Notes under the pieces: generated by a model
The model's input: only the letters and a program-made list of their open reading frames with translations
What the model was told of the DNA's origin: nothing
Databases searched by the model: none
Shown here: piece after piece, positions 55,466 to 64,000 of the stretch
Layout: each line of letters opens with the position of its first letter
Position numbering within the stretch: the stretch's first letter is position 1
Assembly: GCA_023819255.1 (NCBI GenBank)
Contig: JAMWBU010000001.1
Location: 85,512-149,511, forward strand
Length of the DNA: 64,000 nucleotides
Direction: 5' to 3'
Origin: Candidatus Omnitrophota bacterium
GTDB taxonomy: Bacteria > Ratteibacteria > UBA8468 > B48-G9 > DTJG01
Position numbers and translations under genes: made by a program

Positions 55466-56681
55466 TCAAGTTATTTCAAATATAATACGTCAGGAAATGC
55501 GAAGAGAAAGGGAAACAATAAATCTTATTGCATCTGAAAATTATGTCAGTAAACAGATACTGTCTGTCGTAGGTTCGATCCTCACAAACAAATACGCAGA
55601 AGGATATCCATTAAAGAGATATTATGATGGGTGTGAGAATATCGATAAACTTGAGACCGTGGCGATAGAGCGACTTATAAAACTGTTCAGGGCAGAGCAT
55701 GCAAATGTTCAACCGCACGCTGGCAGCCAGGCGAATATGGCTGTTTATCTTGCAGTATTAAAACCCGGAGATGTTATTCTTGGTATGGATCTTGCCGCAG
55801 GTGGACATCTTACTCACGGCACAAAAATAAACTTTTCTGGCATGGTGTTTAAACCTTTTTACTATGGAGTCAACAGGGAAACTGAACAACTGGATTATGA
55901 TGAAATTTTAAAGATTGCTCAATCAACAGGACCGAGACTTATTATATGCGGGGCGAGCGCCTATCCTCGAATTATCGACTTTAAAAGATTTTCAGAAATT
56001 GCCGCAAGCGTTGGAGCTTATTTATGCGCTGACATTGCTCATATCGCTGGCCTTGTTGCGGCTGGATTGCACCCATCTCCTGTTGAATTTGCGGAATTTG
56101 TTACCGGCACCACCCACAAGACATTGCGTGGTCCAAGAGGCGGGTTTATTTTATGCCGCGAGAGTTTTGCGCAGTGCATCGACAGGGCAGTTTTTCCGGG
56201 AATACAGGGAGGACCGCTTATGCATGTTATCGCCGGAAAGGCGATTGCCTTCAAGGAGGCAATGAGCAGAGAATTTCGGTTGTATCAGAAAAATATTATT
56301 GAAAATTGTTCATTTATGGCTCGCGGATTTTTAGAAACAGGGTATCGGCTTGTTACAGGGGGAACCGATAATCATTTGATGCTTGTCGATATGAGAAATA
56401 AGCATATTACAGGCGAAGAATCTCAGAAAGTTCTTGGAAGCGTCGGCATCACAGTAAACAGGAACGCTATTCCTTTTGATCCTTATCCACCGAATATCGC
56501 AAGTGGAATTCGGGTCGGTACAGCCGCTATTACCACAAGGGGAATGGGAAAAAGCGAAGTCGCAAAAATTCTCGACTTTATAAATGAAGCGATCGAAAAA
56601 AGGGATAATGTCACTGAATTGAACTTTTTGAAGAAACGAATTAAAAAATTTGCTTCACAATTTCCGATATATGCAAAATAA
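55449..56681 (+). CDS. glyA: serine hydroxymethyltransferase
   Basis: [25 protein letters not shown], and [14 protein letters not shown] (the PLP lysine). Confidence 0.96.
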   Translation: MSGKIDQVISNIIRQEMRRERETINLIASENYVSKQILSVVGSILTNKYAEGYPLKRYYDGCENIDKLETVAIERLIKLFRAEHANVQPHAGSQANMAVYLAVLKPGDVILGMDLAAGGHLTHGTKINFSGMVFKPFYYGVNRETEQLDYDEILKIAQSTGPRLIICGASAYPRIIDFKRFSEIAASVGAYLCADIAHIAGLVAAGLHPSPVEFAEFVTGTTHKTLRGPRGGFILCRESFAQCIDRAVFPGIQGGPLMHVIAGKAIAFKEAMSREFRLYQKNIIENCSFMARGFLETGYRLVTGGTDNHLMLVDMRNKHITGEESQKVLGSVGITVNRNAIPFDPYPPNIASGIRVGTAAITTRGMGKSEVAKILDFINEAIEKRDNVTELNFLKKRIKKFASQFPIYAK

Positions 56682-57159
56682 GAAAAAAATTAACAGACCT
56701 GACTGGGATGACTATTTTATCGGGATTGCCTGGCTTGCAGGCGAGAGATCAACCTGTTTGCGCAGGAAAGTTGGAGCTGCGCTGGTGAAAGAAAAAAGGA
56801 TACTGGCGACCGGGTATAATGGAGCTCCTTCTGGAATAAGACATTGCGATGAAACCGGTTGTTTGAGAGAACAACTCAAAATACCTTCAGGGGAAAGGCA
56901 CGAATTATGCAGGGGCCTCCATGCCGAACAGAATGCCATCATTCAGGCTGCATACCACGGTGTTAGCATAAAAGATAGCATTCTTTATATTACCTGTCAT
57001 CCATGTTCGGTTTGTGCAAAAATGATTATAAACGCAGGTATAAAAAAGGTTGTGGTTCTTGAGGGTTATCCTGATGAACTTGCGCAAAGCATGTTGAAGG
57101 AAGCCGGTATTTCAGTGAAGTACATCAACGGGAAACATAAAAGGGTTTCAGCTGGTTGA
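56671..57159 (+). CDS. deoxycytidylate (dCMP) deaminase, ComEB/Dcd-type zinc deaminase
   Basis: [25 protein letters not shown] (Zn and catalytic Glu) and PCSVCAKMI (the PCxxC motif). Confidence 0.88.
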   Translation: MQNKKKINRPDWDDYFIGIAWLAGERSTCLRRKVGAALVKEKRILATGYNGAPSGIRHCDETGCLREQLKIPSGERHELCRGLHAEQNAIIQAAYHGVSIKDSILYITCHPCSVCAKMIINAGIKKVVVLEGYPDELAQSMLKEAGISVKYINGKHKRVSAG

Positions 57160-57189
57160 AGAAAAAATTTAATCATAAAGGGAGCGTTT

Positions 57190-57435
57190 ATGGAAAAGAA
57201 AATTTATCTGTTTGGAAAACAGGATTGCGGTTTATGTCAGGGATGGAAAAAGAAACTTGAAAACTTTAATGTTCAGTTTTCCTACTTTGATATAGATGAC
57301 CCTGACAATTTGACCGATTTTACCCTTATGGGGTTTACAAAGATACCCGCCCTTGTGATTGGTGAAAACAAATTTGAGGGTATAAGACCCTCAGAGCTTT
57401 CGATAGAAGAAATAAAAAAAATGATTGGGTCATGA
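57190..57435 (+). CDS. glutaredoxin/NrdH-like small thioredoxin-fold protein
   Basis: 81 aa with IYLFGKQDCGLCQ (the CxxC motif after beta1) and KIPALVI (the cis-Pro loop). There is an ATGA overlap with recJ. Confidence 0.7.
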   Translation: MEKKIYLFGKQDCGLCQGWKKKLENFNVQFSYFDIDDPDNLTDFTLMGFTKIPALVIGENKFEGIRPSELSIEEIKKMIGS

Positions 57436-59039
57436 AAACCAACGATGCCACTTTTATTCCACCTGTGGTTGTTGAGATTTTGCGCCAGAGGGGAATAAAA
57501 GGTGATGAAAAAATCTGTGAGTTTTTAAATCCTGACCTTTCATGCCTTGCGGACCCGTTTTCTATAACAGGTATGGACAGGGCGTGTGAAATTATTGAAA
57601 ACGCGAGAGATTCAAAAAAGAAGATATTTTTATACGCCGATGGCGATGTTGACGGAGTTGCTGGAGCTGCAATTTTTTCGCGGCTGTTTGAAAGTTTAAA
57701 TGTTTCGTTTGACATTAAACTTACGCACCGACTTGAGGATTATGAAATTGAACCATCTTTCATCGATGCGATCAGACATTCTGGATACGAATTGCTTGTG
57801 ATAGTTGATACTGGCACCACATCCACGCAACTTATAGAATACTGTGAAAATCACAAATTCCCGCTTATCATCTTTGACCACCACAGAGGCTGTGTGCGGA
57901 GCGATTTAAAATATGTAACTGTTGTGAATCCCTCGCTTGGAAGAGGCGACAGCGATTTTGAATTTTTAACCGCATCCGGAATTGCCTTAAAATTTGTTCA
58001 GGCTCTTAAAGAATTTCTTTCTTTTTTTCCGGAAGAAATATTTCTTCCCTGCGTGGAGCTTGCGGCGATAGGAACTCTTGGTGATTATGGACCGTTGATT
58101 GGCGATAATCGTATTATTGTTAAGATTGGACTGGATTGTTTTGCATATACCGGTATTGCGGGTATTGAGGAGTTCAGAAAATATTTTTATATTCCAAAGA
58201 AATACCGGGATATTGAAATGGTGACGCACTATCTTAATCCAAAATTAAATACTCCTGGCAGATTCGGGAAGCCGGAGCTGACGCTAAAAATTTTAACCGC
58301 CAGCGGCGATGAAAATTTGCAGGATGTGTTTAAAGAAATTGAAGATCTGGAGAAAGAGAAACAAAATGTGTTGAGAAAAATGACAGGCGCAATTGCAAGG
58401 GCAAAGGTAGAAAATCCTCCATTTCTAATTTTTGAAGGGATTCCTGTTTCCTTCTCGGGTACCTTTGCCGCAAGGATAAGCGAAAAATTTCAACTTCCGT
58501 CGCTTGTGGCAATAAGAAAAGGAGACCTGATACAGGGTTCTGCTCGCGGATTTGATAAAACAGATCTGTATGAGTTTTTTGATAGCTGCAGACATATTTT
58601 TCTTTCATTTGGAGGTCACAGGAATGCAGTCGGTTTCAAAATAAAAAGTGGTTTTTTGCAGGATCTTAAAAATGCCTGGAAAGGATTGAAATTGTATAAT
58701 TATTCGGACATGCGATTGACTGATATGATCAAAATAGAACTTGAAGATTTAACAGTTCCGGTTATGAGGGCTCTTGAGCTTCTGAAGCCATTTGGCCCCG
58801 GTAATCCGCCTGTGTTTTTTACTTCGTTCCCTGTTAATTGTGTGAAGATAACAAGATATGAAGCGGACAGGGCAATTGCGTGGGTTAAACAGGGCGATAG
58901 ACTGTTCGAGGCTCGTTTCCCAAAAAGATTCAAAATGCCATCTGCCCCGCTATCGATAACATACACGCCTTTGCTACAAAAATCCGGCGATTTTTATGTT
59001 GTCTGGCTGAATATCAGGAATTATTCTGAGATTTTTTGA
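57432..59039 (+). CDS. recJ: single-stranded-DNA-specific exonuclease RecJ (DHH/DHHA1 family)
   Basis: LYADGDVDGVAGAAI, IVDTG, the DHH motif IFDHHRG and the DHHA1 motif FGGHRNAVGF. Confidence 0.85.
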   Translation: MKTNDATFIPPVVVEILRQRGIKGDEKICEFLNPDLSCLADPFSITGMDRACEIIENARDSKKKIFLYADGDVDGVAGAAIFSRLFESLNVSFDIKLTHRLEDYEIEPSFIDAIRHSGYELLVIVDTGTTSTQLIEYCENHKFPLIIFDHHRGCVRSDLKYVTVVNPSLGRGDSDFEFLTASGIALKFVQALKEFLSFFPEEIFLPCVELAAIGTLGDYGPLIGDNRIIVKIGLDCFAYTGIAGIEEFRKYFYIPKKYRDIEMVTHYLNPKLNTPGRFGKPELTLKILTASGDENLQDVFKEIEDLEKEKQNVLRKMTGAIARAKVENPPFLIFEGIPVSFSGTFAARISEKFQLPSLVAIRKGDLIQGSARGFDKTDLYEFFDSCRHIFLSFGGHRNAVGFKIKSGFLQDLKNAWKGLKLYNYSDMRLTDMIKIELEDLTVPVMRALELLKPFGPGNPPVFFTSFPVNCVKITRYEADRAIAWVKQGDRLFEARFPKRFKMPSAPLSITYTPLLQKSGDFYVVWLNIRNYSEIF

Positions 59040-59058
59040 TATCAGATTGATTTCATTT

Positions 59059-59088
59059 ATGCGGCGTTGCTGCATTTTTATATTTTCT
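59059..59088 (+). terminator. rho-independent terminator downstream of recJ
   Basis: ATGCGGC (59059-59065), loop GTT, then GCTGCAT (59069-59075), giving a 7-bp stem with one G-U pair, followed by TTTTTATATTTT. It starts 20 nt after the recJ TGA. Confidence 0.5.
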
Positions 59089-59201
59089 TCAGTTTCCTAT
59101 GAAGAGAAGATTGGGGGCAAAATCCTGCTTAATCTATCTTTTCGGGGATCAATAATTTATTCAAAACCTCAATTTTGAATGGGAATTGGTATTAATCAGC
59201 A

Positions 59202-59411
59202 TTAACTTACTTCTGATTCAAAAGTGATTTGAGGCCTTTTTACCTTTCCAGATTTTAAGCACTGTGTGCATACGGCAATTCTTCTTACCCTGCCATTGTA
59301 TTCAACACGTAATTTCTGTATATTTGGTTTCCACGTTCTCCTGGTTTTAACATTTGAATGGCTCACATTGTTGCCTGTTCTTTGTCCTTTTCCGCAGATT
59401 TCGCATTTCAT
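59202..59411 (-). CDS. rpmB: 50S ribosomal protein L28
   Basis: [33 protein letters not shown]...[16 protein letters not shown] lies 6 nt upstream. Confidence 0.93.
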   Translation of the reverse strand: MKCEICGKGQRTGNNVSHSNVKTRRTWKPNIQKLRVEYNGRVRRIAVCTQCLKSGKVKRPQITFESEVS

Positions 59412-59424
59412 TTTTTGCTCCTTT

Positions 59425-61191
59425 TTATTTATTTTTCTTTTTTTCTGCTGGAAACATATCCTTTAACTCTGGAACTGTATTCAACAGGTATTTAATATAC
59501 TGATGTTCAGGATTTATTTCTGCTGCTTTTTTTAGATATTCCTTTGCTCCTTTAATATCCTTTTCGTGATAAAGTTTTATTGAAACAAGTCCGAGTAATA
59601 CATCTATATCATATGGATTGAACCATAAAGCTGTTTTATAGTAAAACTTCGCCCTGTCAAGATCCTGCATTTGCATATAAAGGGTTCCAAGATTGGCATC
59701 TGTTTTGGCAAAGTGAGGAAACAAATTATTGTTGATCTTCAGATAAGTTTCCTCAGCATTTTTCAAATCTCCAAGTTGACCATAAGCAAAAGCCATCTTG
59801 TAAAAAGCGACCACATGATTTCCGTTTATTTTACACACTTTTTTATAATTTTCAATAGCTTCTGTGAAATTACTGGCTTCTCTCGCGGATATTCCAGATT
59901 TTAGATAAACCTCGGGAACAAGTCTGTAATAGATTTTCCATATGGCGAGCATAATCATTGATACAAAAATTGCGACTGCCAGCATTTTTTTCAAAGAACC
60001 TGAAATTTCTAACGCTTTGAAATTGTCATTCCAGCTGAAGCAAAGCCCGAGCAGGAACCAGAAATACATTGCCGTGGAGGCATTTGTAAGATTTGTCGAA
60101 AGTATGTTATCAACAAGAACGGCAATGATTCCTGCTGACGCAAAGGTGAATACTTCACAGGAAGATTTCGATGATTTTTTCAGTCCGTTGTGAATCGCAA
60201 ACCCGAGGAGTATTCCGAAAATTACCAGCGCAATGATTCCATTTTCTGACCATAATTCAAGATACTGGCAGTGAGGATGATTTGTTATAGGAGTTGCCTG
60301 AGGCCGTAAGAAATATTCTCTGAAACGGAAATATGGATAGTAAAATATGAAATTTCCTGTTCCCCAGCCAGTTGCGATTTTTGCCTGTATCAGGTTCCAT
60401 GTGCCACGCCAGATGTAGAACCTGATATCTTCAACAAACTGTGCATGGATTTTGTTCCATAAGAATATTGTTGCAAGAGCAATAATTGAGAAACCGATAT
60501 ATTTCAGCCACGGGATTTTGTGGTTTTTCAAAAATAGAAAATATACAAAAGAACAAGCGCTGATAAAAGCAAAAACAGACGCTCTGGATTTCGTTATAAA
60601 AAGAGCAGTCAGCATTATTGCCAGATATGCAATAGCCATAACTGGCATTTTCTTCTTAAAAAAGAAAGCAGACAGAAATACAGGCATCAACAGATGTCCG
60701 GCAAAGAAGTTCGGATTGCCGAATGTTGAAATTGGATAATGAGTCTTTGGATACTGGATAAATGCGGTTATTGAAGCAATGACCATCGCCGCTGCCCATA
60801 TAAATGCGTCGCGTTTTTCCCATTTCCACAGCATACCTGTTATGAATAGAAGATAGTACAGAAGATAATTTTCAAGTGATTGCGCGGCACCGTATTTTAC
60901 TGGAGCATAGAAACAACCAATCAGTATCCAGACGAAGAATGCTGTTGCAATTATGAAACCTGTTTTATGAAGAAGTATTTCCTCTTTTCTTATATACAGA
61001 AATAAACCAAAAATTGCGACGGATAGTGCGCCAAGCACATCCTTTATTATTGTGTAATCATACGCTGGCTTGAAATTCAGTAGTGGCGCAACTCCAAAGA
61101 AAATTATTGAAAAAACGATGAGAAACGCTAATTCCTTTTTTTCCTGAACTGGCTGAATATTCTCTTGCGGAATATGTTTTTTTCTTTTCAT
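59425..61191 (-). CDS. O-antigen ligase (Wzy_C)-family membrane protein fused to C-terminal TPR repeats
   Basis: About 11-12 TM helices with a Wzy_C-like core ([12 protein letters not shown]..., [14 protein letters not shown]). The ~190-aa C-terminus carries TPR-like repeats ([67 protein letters not shown]). Confidence 0.75.
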   Translation of the reverse strand: MKRKKHIPQENIQPVQEKKELAFLIVFSIIFFGVAPLLNFKPAYDYTIIKDVLGALSVAIFGLFLYIRKEEILLHKTGFIIATAFFVWILIGCFYAPVKYGAAQSLENYLLYYLLFITGMLWKWEKRDAFIWAAAMVIASITAFIQYPKTHYPISTFGNPNFFAGHLLMPVFLSAFFFKKKMPVMAIAYLAIMLTALFITKSRASVFAFISACSFVYFLFLKNHKIPWLKYIGFSIIALATIFLWNKIHAQFVEDIRFYIWRGTWNLIQAKIATGWGTGNFIFYYPYFRFREYFLRPQATPITNHPHCQYLELWSENGIIALVIFGILLGFAIHNGLKKSSKSSCEVFTFASAGIIAVLVDNILSTNLTNASTAMYFWFLLGLCFSWNDNFKALEISGSLKKMLAVAIFVSMIMLAIWKIYYRLVPEVYLKSGISAREASNFTEAIENYKKVCKINGNHVVAFYKMAFAYGQLGDLKNAEETYLKINNNLFPHFAKTDANLGTLYMQMQDLDRAKFYYKTALWFNPYDIDVLLGLVSIKLYHEKDIKGAKEYLKKAAEINPEHQYIKYLLNTVPELKDMFPAEKKKNK

Positions 61192-62492
61192 TGAGTTATT
61201 TTTTTTCCGTTTTTCCCGAAAAATAAAAATGCTGTGAATATTATTATAGCAAAATCAAGCCATATGCTCCAGTTTTCGGCATAATAAAGGTCGTACCTGA
61301 ATCTTTCTTCGGGCTCAATCTGGCCTCCTTTTAGCCCGTGTATCTGCGCCCAGCCTGTCATTCCCGGAAGAATTTTCATCCTTTCATAAAAACCAGGTAT
61401 CGAGAAAAATATTTTATCCTTTGTTGAAACAGGCCTTGGACCCACAAGGCTCATTTCGCCTTTTATAACATTGAACAATTGCGGCAATTCGTCGATGTTT
61501 GTTTTTCGCAAGAACTTTCCAATCCTTGTTATTCTTGGATCTTTTTCAAGTGTATAAGGAAGAACTGTTTCCGTGCCGTGCTTCATTGTCCTGAATTTGA
61601 AAATTTTAAATTCTTTATTCTTAAGCCCTATTCTTTTCTGAATAAACAGCGCGGGACCATCAGAGCTTATTTTAATAATCGCGGCAATAAGAATAAGAAC
61701 AGGTAAAAAAATCAGCAACAATATCATAGAAAAAACGATGTCAAAAATTCTTTTTATGATTCTATTATGCCAGAACTCGAGGGGAAAAATCTGGGTTGTT
61801 ATAACCGGAATGCCATCGATTTCCTCTACCCTTCCCCCGCTAAGAAAAACCTGCGATGATTTTGGATATATGAAATAACAAATGTTATTTATGTGGCAGA
61901 ATTTTTCTATCTGTTCTAAATTTTGCCTGTTATCGAGGCACATAATTACGCAGGTATTCTTTTTCAATAAAGAACAGTCATTTTGCGCCAGTTCGTCAGG
62001 GCTAAGAAACTTGATAGTATTTGCGCCGTGAATTCTCAATCTTTTTGAAAGGCTGGTGAAATCATTCTCGTTTCCGATCAGTAGAAATTGCGTATGCTGA
62101 TTTTTTAAAATAAAACTCATTAAAATATGAACAAGGGAAAGCAACAAGAAACTTACGACGACTCCGATGATTATGGCAATTCTGGAATAAGAGAATCCCC
62201 TGTAAAAAAAAGTCACTGCGCTGATTATGATACATGAATAAAAACTGCTCTGTGTTATTTTGCTTAATTCAAGACACGGATTAGTGAAGGTCTGGCTTCT
62301 GTAAATTTGATTTATACTCAACATCGCTATCCAGACAAGTGCTGCAAATATCGATATTTGTAGATACGGCGCAATTGGCGCGATGCCTTTGTTTGGAAAT
62401 ACAGTCAAGGAGAATCTCAGTCCATATCCCAGCAGCATTCCGGTTATTACAGCGATGAAATCAAGAAAAATAAACGCTTTTCTGTTTTTCAT
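61188..62492 (-). CDS. polyprenyl-phosphate glycosyl-1-phosphate transferase (bacterial sugar transferase, WbaP/WcaJ-like)
   Basis: N-terminal TM bundle and the C-terminal catalytic domain KRIFDIVFS...LPVLILIAAIIKISSDGPALFIQKRIGLKNKEFKIFKFRTM...DELPQLFNVIKGEMSLVGPRP. The start is uncertain. I chose the ATG at 62492 (MKNRKAFIFLDF), and the track ORF extends to 62579. Confidence 0.85.
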   Translation of the reverse strand: MKNRKAFIFLDFIAVITGMLLGYGLRFSLTVFPNKGIAPIAPYLQISIFAALVWIAMLSINQIYRSQTFTNPCLELSKITQSSFYSCIIISAVTFFYRGFSYSRIAIIIGVVVSFLLLSLVHILMSFILKNQHTQFLLIGNENDFTSLSKRLRIHGANTIKFLSPDELAQNDCSLLKKNTCVIMCLDNRQNLEQIEKFCHINNICYFIYPKSSQVFLSGGRVEEIDGIPVITTQIFPLEFWHNRIIKRIFDIVFSMILLLIFLPVLILIAAIIKISSDGPALFIQKRIGLKNKEFKIFKFRTMKHGTETVLPYTLEKDPRITRIGKFLRKTNIDELPQLFNVIKGEMSLVGPRPVSTKDKIFFSIPGFYERMKILPGMTGWAQIHGLKGGQIEPEERFRYDLYYAENWSIWLDFAIIIFTAFLFFGKNGKKITQ

Positions 62493-63582
62493 TTTTAAAC
62501 CTGAGAAATAGTTCTTCGTATCTTTTCCCAACATCTTCCCATCTATAAAGATTTCTCGCTCGTTCACGAGCTTTCTCACCTAAAGGCCTGTATTTTTCAG
62601 GCTTTTCTAAAATCTGCTTTATTAGCTCTGAAAGTGAACCGTATTTCTTTGTGAAATACAGGCCACAATCACCAAGCACTTCTCTGTTGAACGGGACATC
62701 GAGCGCAATGATTAGCGATCCGCAACCCATTGCGGAAAGAAGCGCAGGATTGGTGCCGCCGACTTCATTACCGTGAATGTAAGCTATTGAATTTGCCTGC
62801 AATTCTGAATACATCTGTGCATTGTACACGTTTCCAATAAATTTTACCCCCTTTTTTGCTTTTGATTTTAATTCTTTCACATATCTTGATTTATTCTGGG
62901 TGTTGCCAGCAATCGCAAACGGAATATCAGAATTTAAACGATTATATTCTCTTATCATCAGATCCTGATTGTTTTCAGGTTCAAGACGGCTACCCGTGAA
63001 AAAATAGCATTGCGGTTTTAAGCCAAAATCACTCAGTATTTCAGGGTTTTTGGAGTAAAAAATTTCAGCCCCATAAGGTATGTAGGTGGGATTTTTTTGA
63101 AAGTGTGATTGATAATATCTGGCAATTTCAATTGAATCTGCTACCACGTAATCAGCGATAACGGTTGCAAAGAACGAAGCAAACCTGAAATAAGTTTTTC
63201 CTGCAAATCCCCACTTTTTTCTTTTCCATTCCAGACCGTCGACATTTATGATTATTTTTTTTCTAAATATTCTTGCAATTGATGCCAGGGGACTATTTGC
63301 TGCGTTGAACATCAATATTGCATCCGGATTCCATATAATCGCCCTGAAAACACTGAAAAAAGTGTGCGAAAAAGTGTCAGCGGCTTTGCCTTTAATGGAA
63401 AGTGGATATGAAAGCTCAATATTTTTGTATCGGCGAGGTTTGTCCGGGTACAAATATTTTCTGCAAGTAACAAAAACCCTGTGCCCTTTTTCCGCGAGAT
63501 ACAATGCAATTTTTTCTGCGCATGTTTCAAAACCGCCGTATCTCGGGGGAATGCCTCTGGTTCCTATGATTGCGATTTTCAT
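62461..63582 (-). CDS. glycosyltransferase family 4 with DUF1972-type N-terminal domain
   Basis: MKIAIIGTRGIPPRYGGFETCAEKIALYL is the characteristic DUF1972 start. The C-terminal GT1 region is HGNEVGGTNPALLSAMGCGSLII. Confidence 0.8.
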   Translation of the reverse strand: MKIAIIGTRGIPPRYGGFETCAEKIALYLAEKGHRVFVTCRKYLYPDKPRRYKNIELSYPLSIKGKAADTFSHTFFSVFRAIIWNPDAILMFNAANSPLASIARIFRKKIIINVDGLEWKRKKWGFAGKTYFRFASFFATVIADYVVADSIEIARYYQSHFQKNPTYIPYGAEIFYSKNPEILSDFGLKPQCYFFTGSRLEPENNQDLMIREYNRLNSDIPFAIAGNTQNKSRYVKELKSKAKKGVKFIGNVYNAQMYSELQANSIAYIHGNEVGGTNPALLSAMGCGSLIIALDVPFNREVLGDCGLYFTKKYGSLSELIKQILEKPEKYRPLGEKARERARNLYRWEDVGKRYEELFLRFKNEKQKSVYFS

Positions 63583-63590
63583 CTTTATAA

Positions 63591-64000
63591 TTATAACAGG
63601 GAAATAACCTCTTTGTATATCTCAATTGTTTTTTTCGCGCATTCCTTCCATGAGAATTTTTTTGCCTGCATGAATCCTTTTTCTATAAGGTTCTCTTTGA
63701 GTTTCTTATTCTGGTAAAGCCGGGCAATGGCTGAAGCTATTTCCTCTGAATTTTCAGGATTAACTTTGATAGAGGCGTCTCCGGTTATTTCCGAAAGTGA
63801 GGATGTGTTTGATGTTATAACCGGACATCCGCACGCCATTGCTTCAATCGGCGGAAATCCGAATCCTTCGTAAAAAGAAACATAGACAAACATTTCAGCT
63901 CCGCTGTATAGTGAAATGAGATCTCTGTTTTCTAAATATCCTGTAATAATGATTTTTTCTTTAAATTCTGAATTTCTCACTTCGGTAAATATGTCATCAT
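63591..64000 (-). CDS. glycosyltransferase family 1, C-terminal part (5' end outside window)
   Basis: YVSFYEGFGFPPIEAMACGCPVITS (the GT1 E-x7-E motif). The frame is still open at nt 64000 (..DDIFTEVRNSEF), so the gene continues beyond the window. Confidence 0.8.
   Translation of the reverse strand, partial: DDIFTEVRNSEFKEKIIITGYLENRDLISLYSGAEMFVYVSFYEGFGFPPIEAMACGCPVITSNTSSLSEITGDASIKVNPENSEEIASAIARLYQNKKLKENLIEKGFMQAKKFSWKECAKKTIEIYKEVISLL

Noticed and set aside
59159-59180. 8-bp AT-rich hairpin (ATTCAAAA/TTTTGAAT) downstream of rpmB as its terminator
   Set aside because: The stem is all A/T except one pair, and no U-tract follows on the minus strand. It is too weak to call. A second small hairpin (59086..59105) likewise lacks terminator features.
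59040-59201. Possible small RNA or tRNA in the 162-nt recJ/rpmB convergent gap
   Set aside because: There is no cloverleaf and no recognisable conserved ncRNA core. The gap is adequately explained by the recJ terminator plus untranslated 3' regions.
1-64000. Search for CRISPR arrays, tandem repeats, IS elements, integrases, phage genes, tRNA or rRNA genes
   Set aside because: I saw no regularly spaced direct repeats, no transposase-, integrase- or phage-like ORFs, and no cloverleaf-capable or rRNA-like sequence in any gap. The largest gaps are only about 190 and 160 nt. The window looks like core chromosome plus glycan loci, not a mobile island.

Overview
AT-rich, extremely gene-dense chromosomal segment with about 62 protein-coding genes. 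Many adjacent genes have ATGA, GTGA or TAATG stop/start overlaps, and only about six intergenic gaps exceed 80 nt. The source is a diderm, LPS-making bacterium. By gene content it is probably an uncultivated anaerobe, but a lineage guess such as Omnitrophota- or Elusimicrobiota-like is speculation only. I found no rRNA, tRNA, CRISPR array, transposase, integrase or phage genes. Content in order: (i) 1-13.1 kb is a cell-envelope glycan/LPS-core locus. It holds three GT9 heptosyltransferase-family genes, several GT4/GT1 genes, an ELM1-like protein and a GlmU-N-like nucleotidyltransferase. It also holds two amino-sugar tailoring triads, one a clear WbpB/WbpD/WbpE-type 3-oxidase, N-acetyltransferase and aminotransferase set. 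(ii) 13.2-23.8 kb is one long minus-strand run: hisF, hisH, a stand-alone GuaA-type PP-loop ATPase, lpxK, an endonuclease-Q-like PHP protein, a HIT protein, cca, fhs, folD, an FTCD_C cyclohydrolase and a His-rich lipoprotein. (iii) 23.9-30.3 kb is leuA-leuC-leuD-leuB-bioY-DUF1284-asd on the plus strand. (iv) 30.3-51.3 kb is on the minus strand. It begins with a 1352-aa secreted protein of unassignable family, coupled to a DUF192-like protein, apt, a sigma-70 family factor and alaS. It continues with recX, htrA, an oxidoreductase, recA, thpR, ilvC-ilvN-ilvB, purA, icd, a second orphan leuD-like small subunit and comF. (v) 51.2-59.0 kb is on the plus strand: lptF/lptG-like permeases, glyS without glyQ, glyA, dCMP deaminase, a glutaredoxin-like protein and recJ. 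(vi) 59.2-64.0 kb is on the minus strand: rpmB, an O-antigen-ligase/TPR fusion, a polyprenyl-phosphate sugar transferase and two GT4/GT1 genes, the last truncated by the window edge. The most notable unexplained items are the giant secreted protein module, the split GuaA next to an orphan hisHF pair, and the orphan LeuD-like subunit operonic with icd. Several near-consensus sigma-70 promoters are also notable, two of them at leaderless spacing. All family calls rest on motif recognition by eye and none has been checked against a database.
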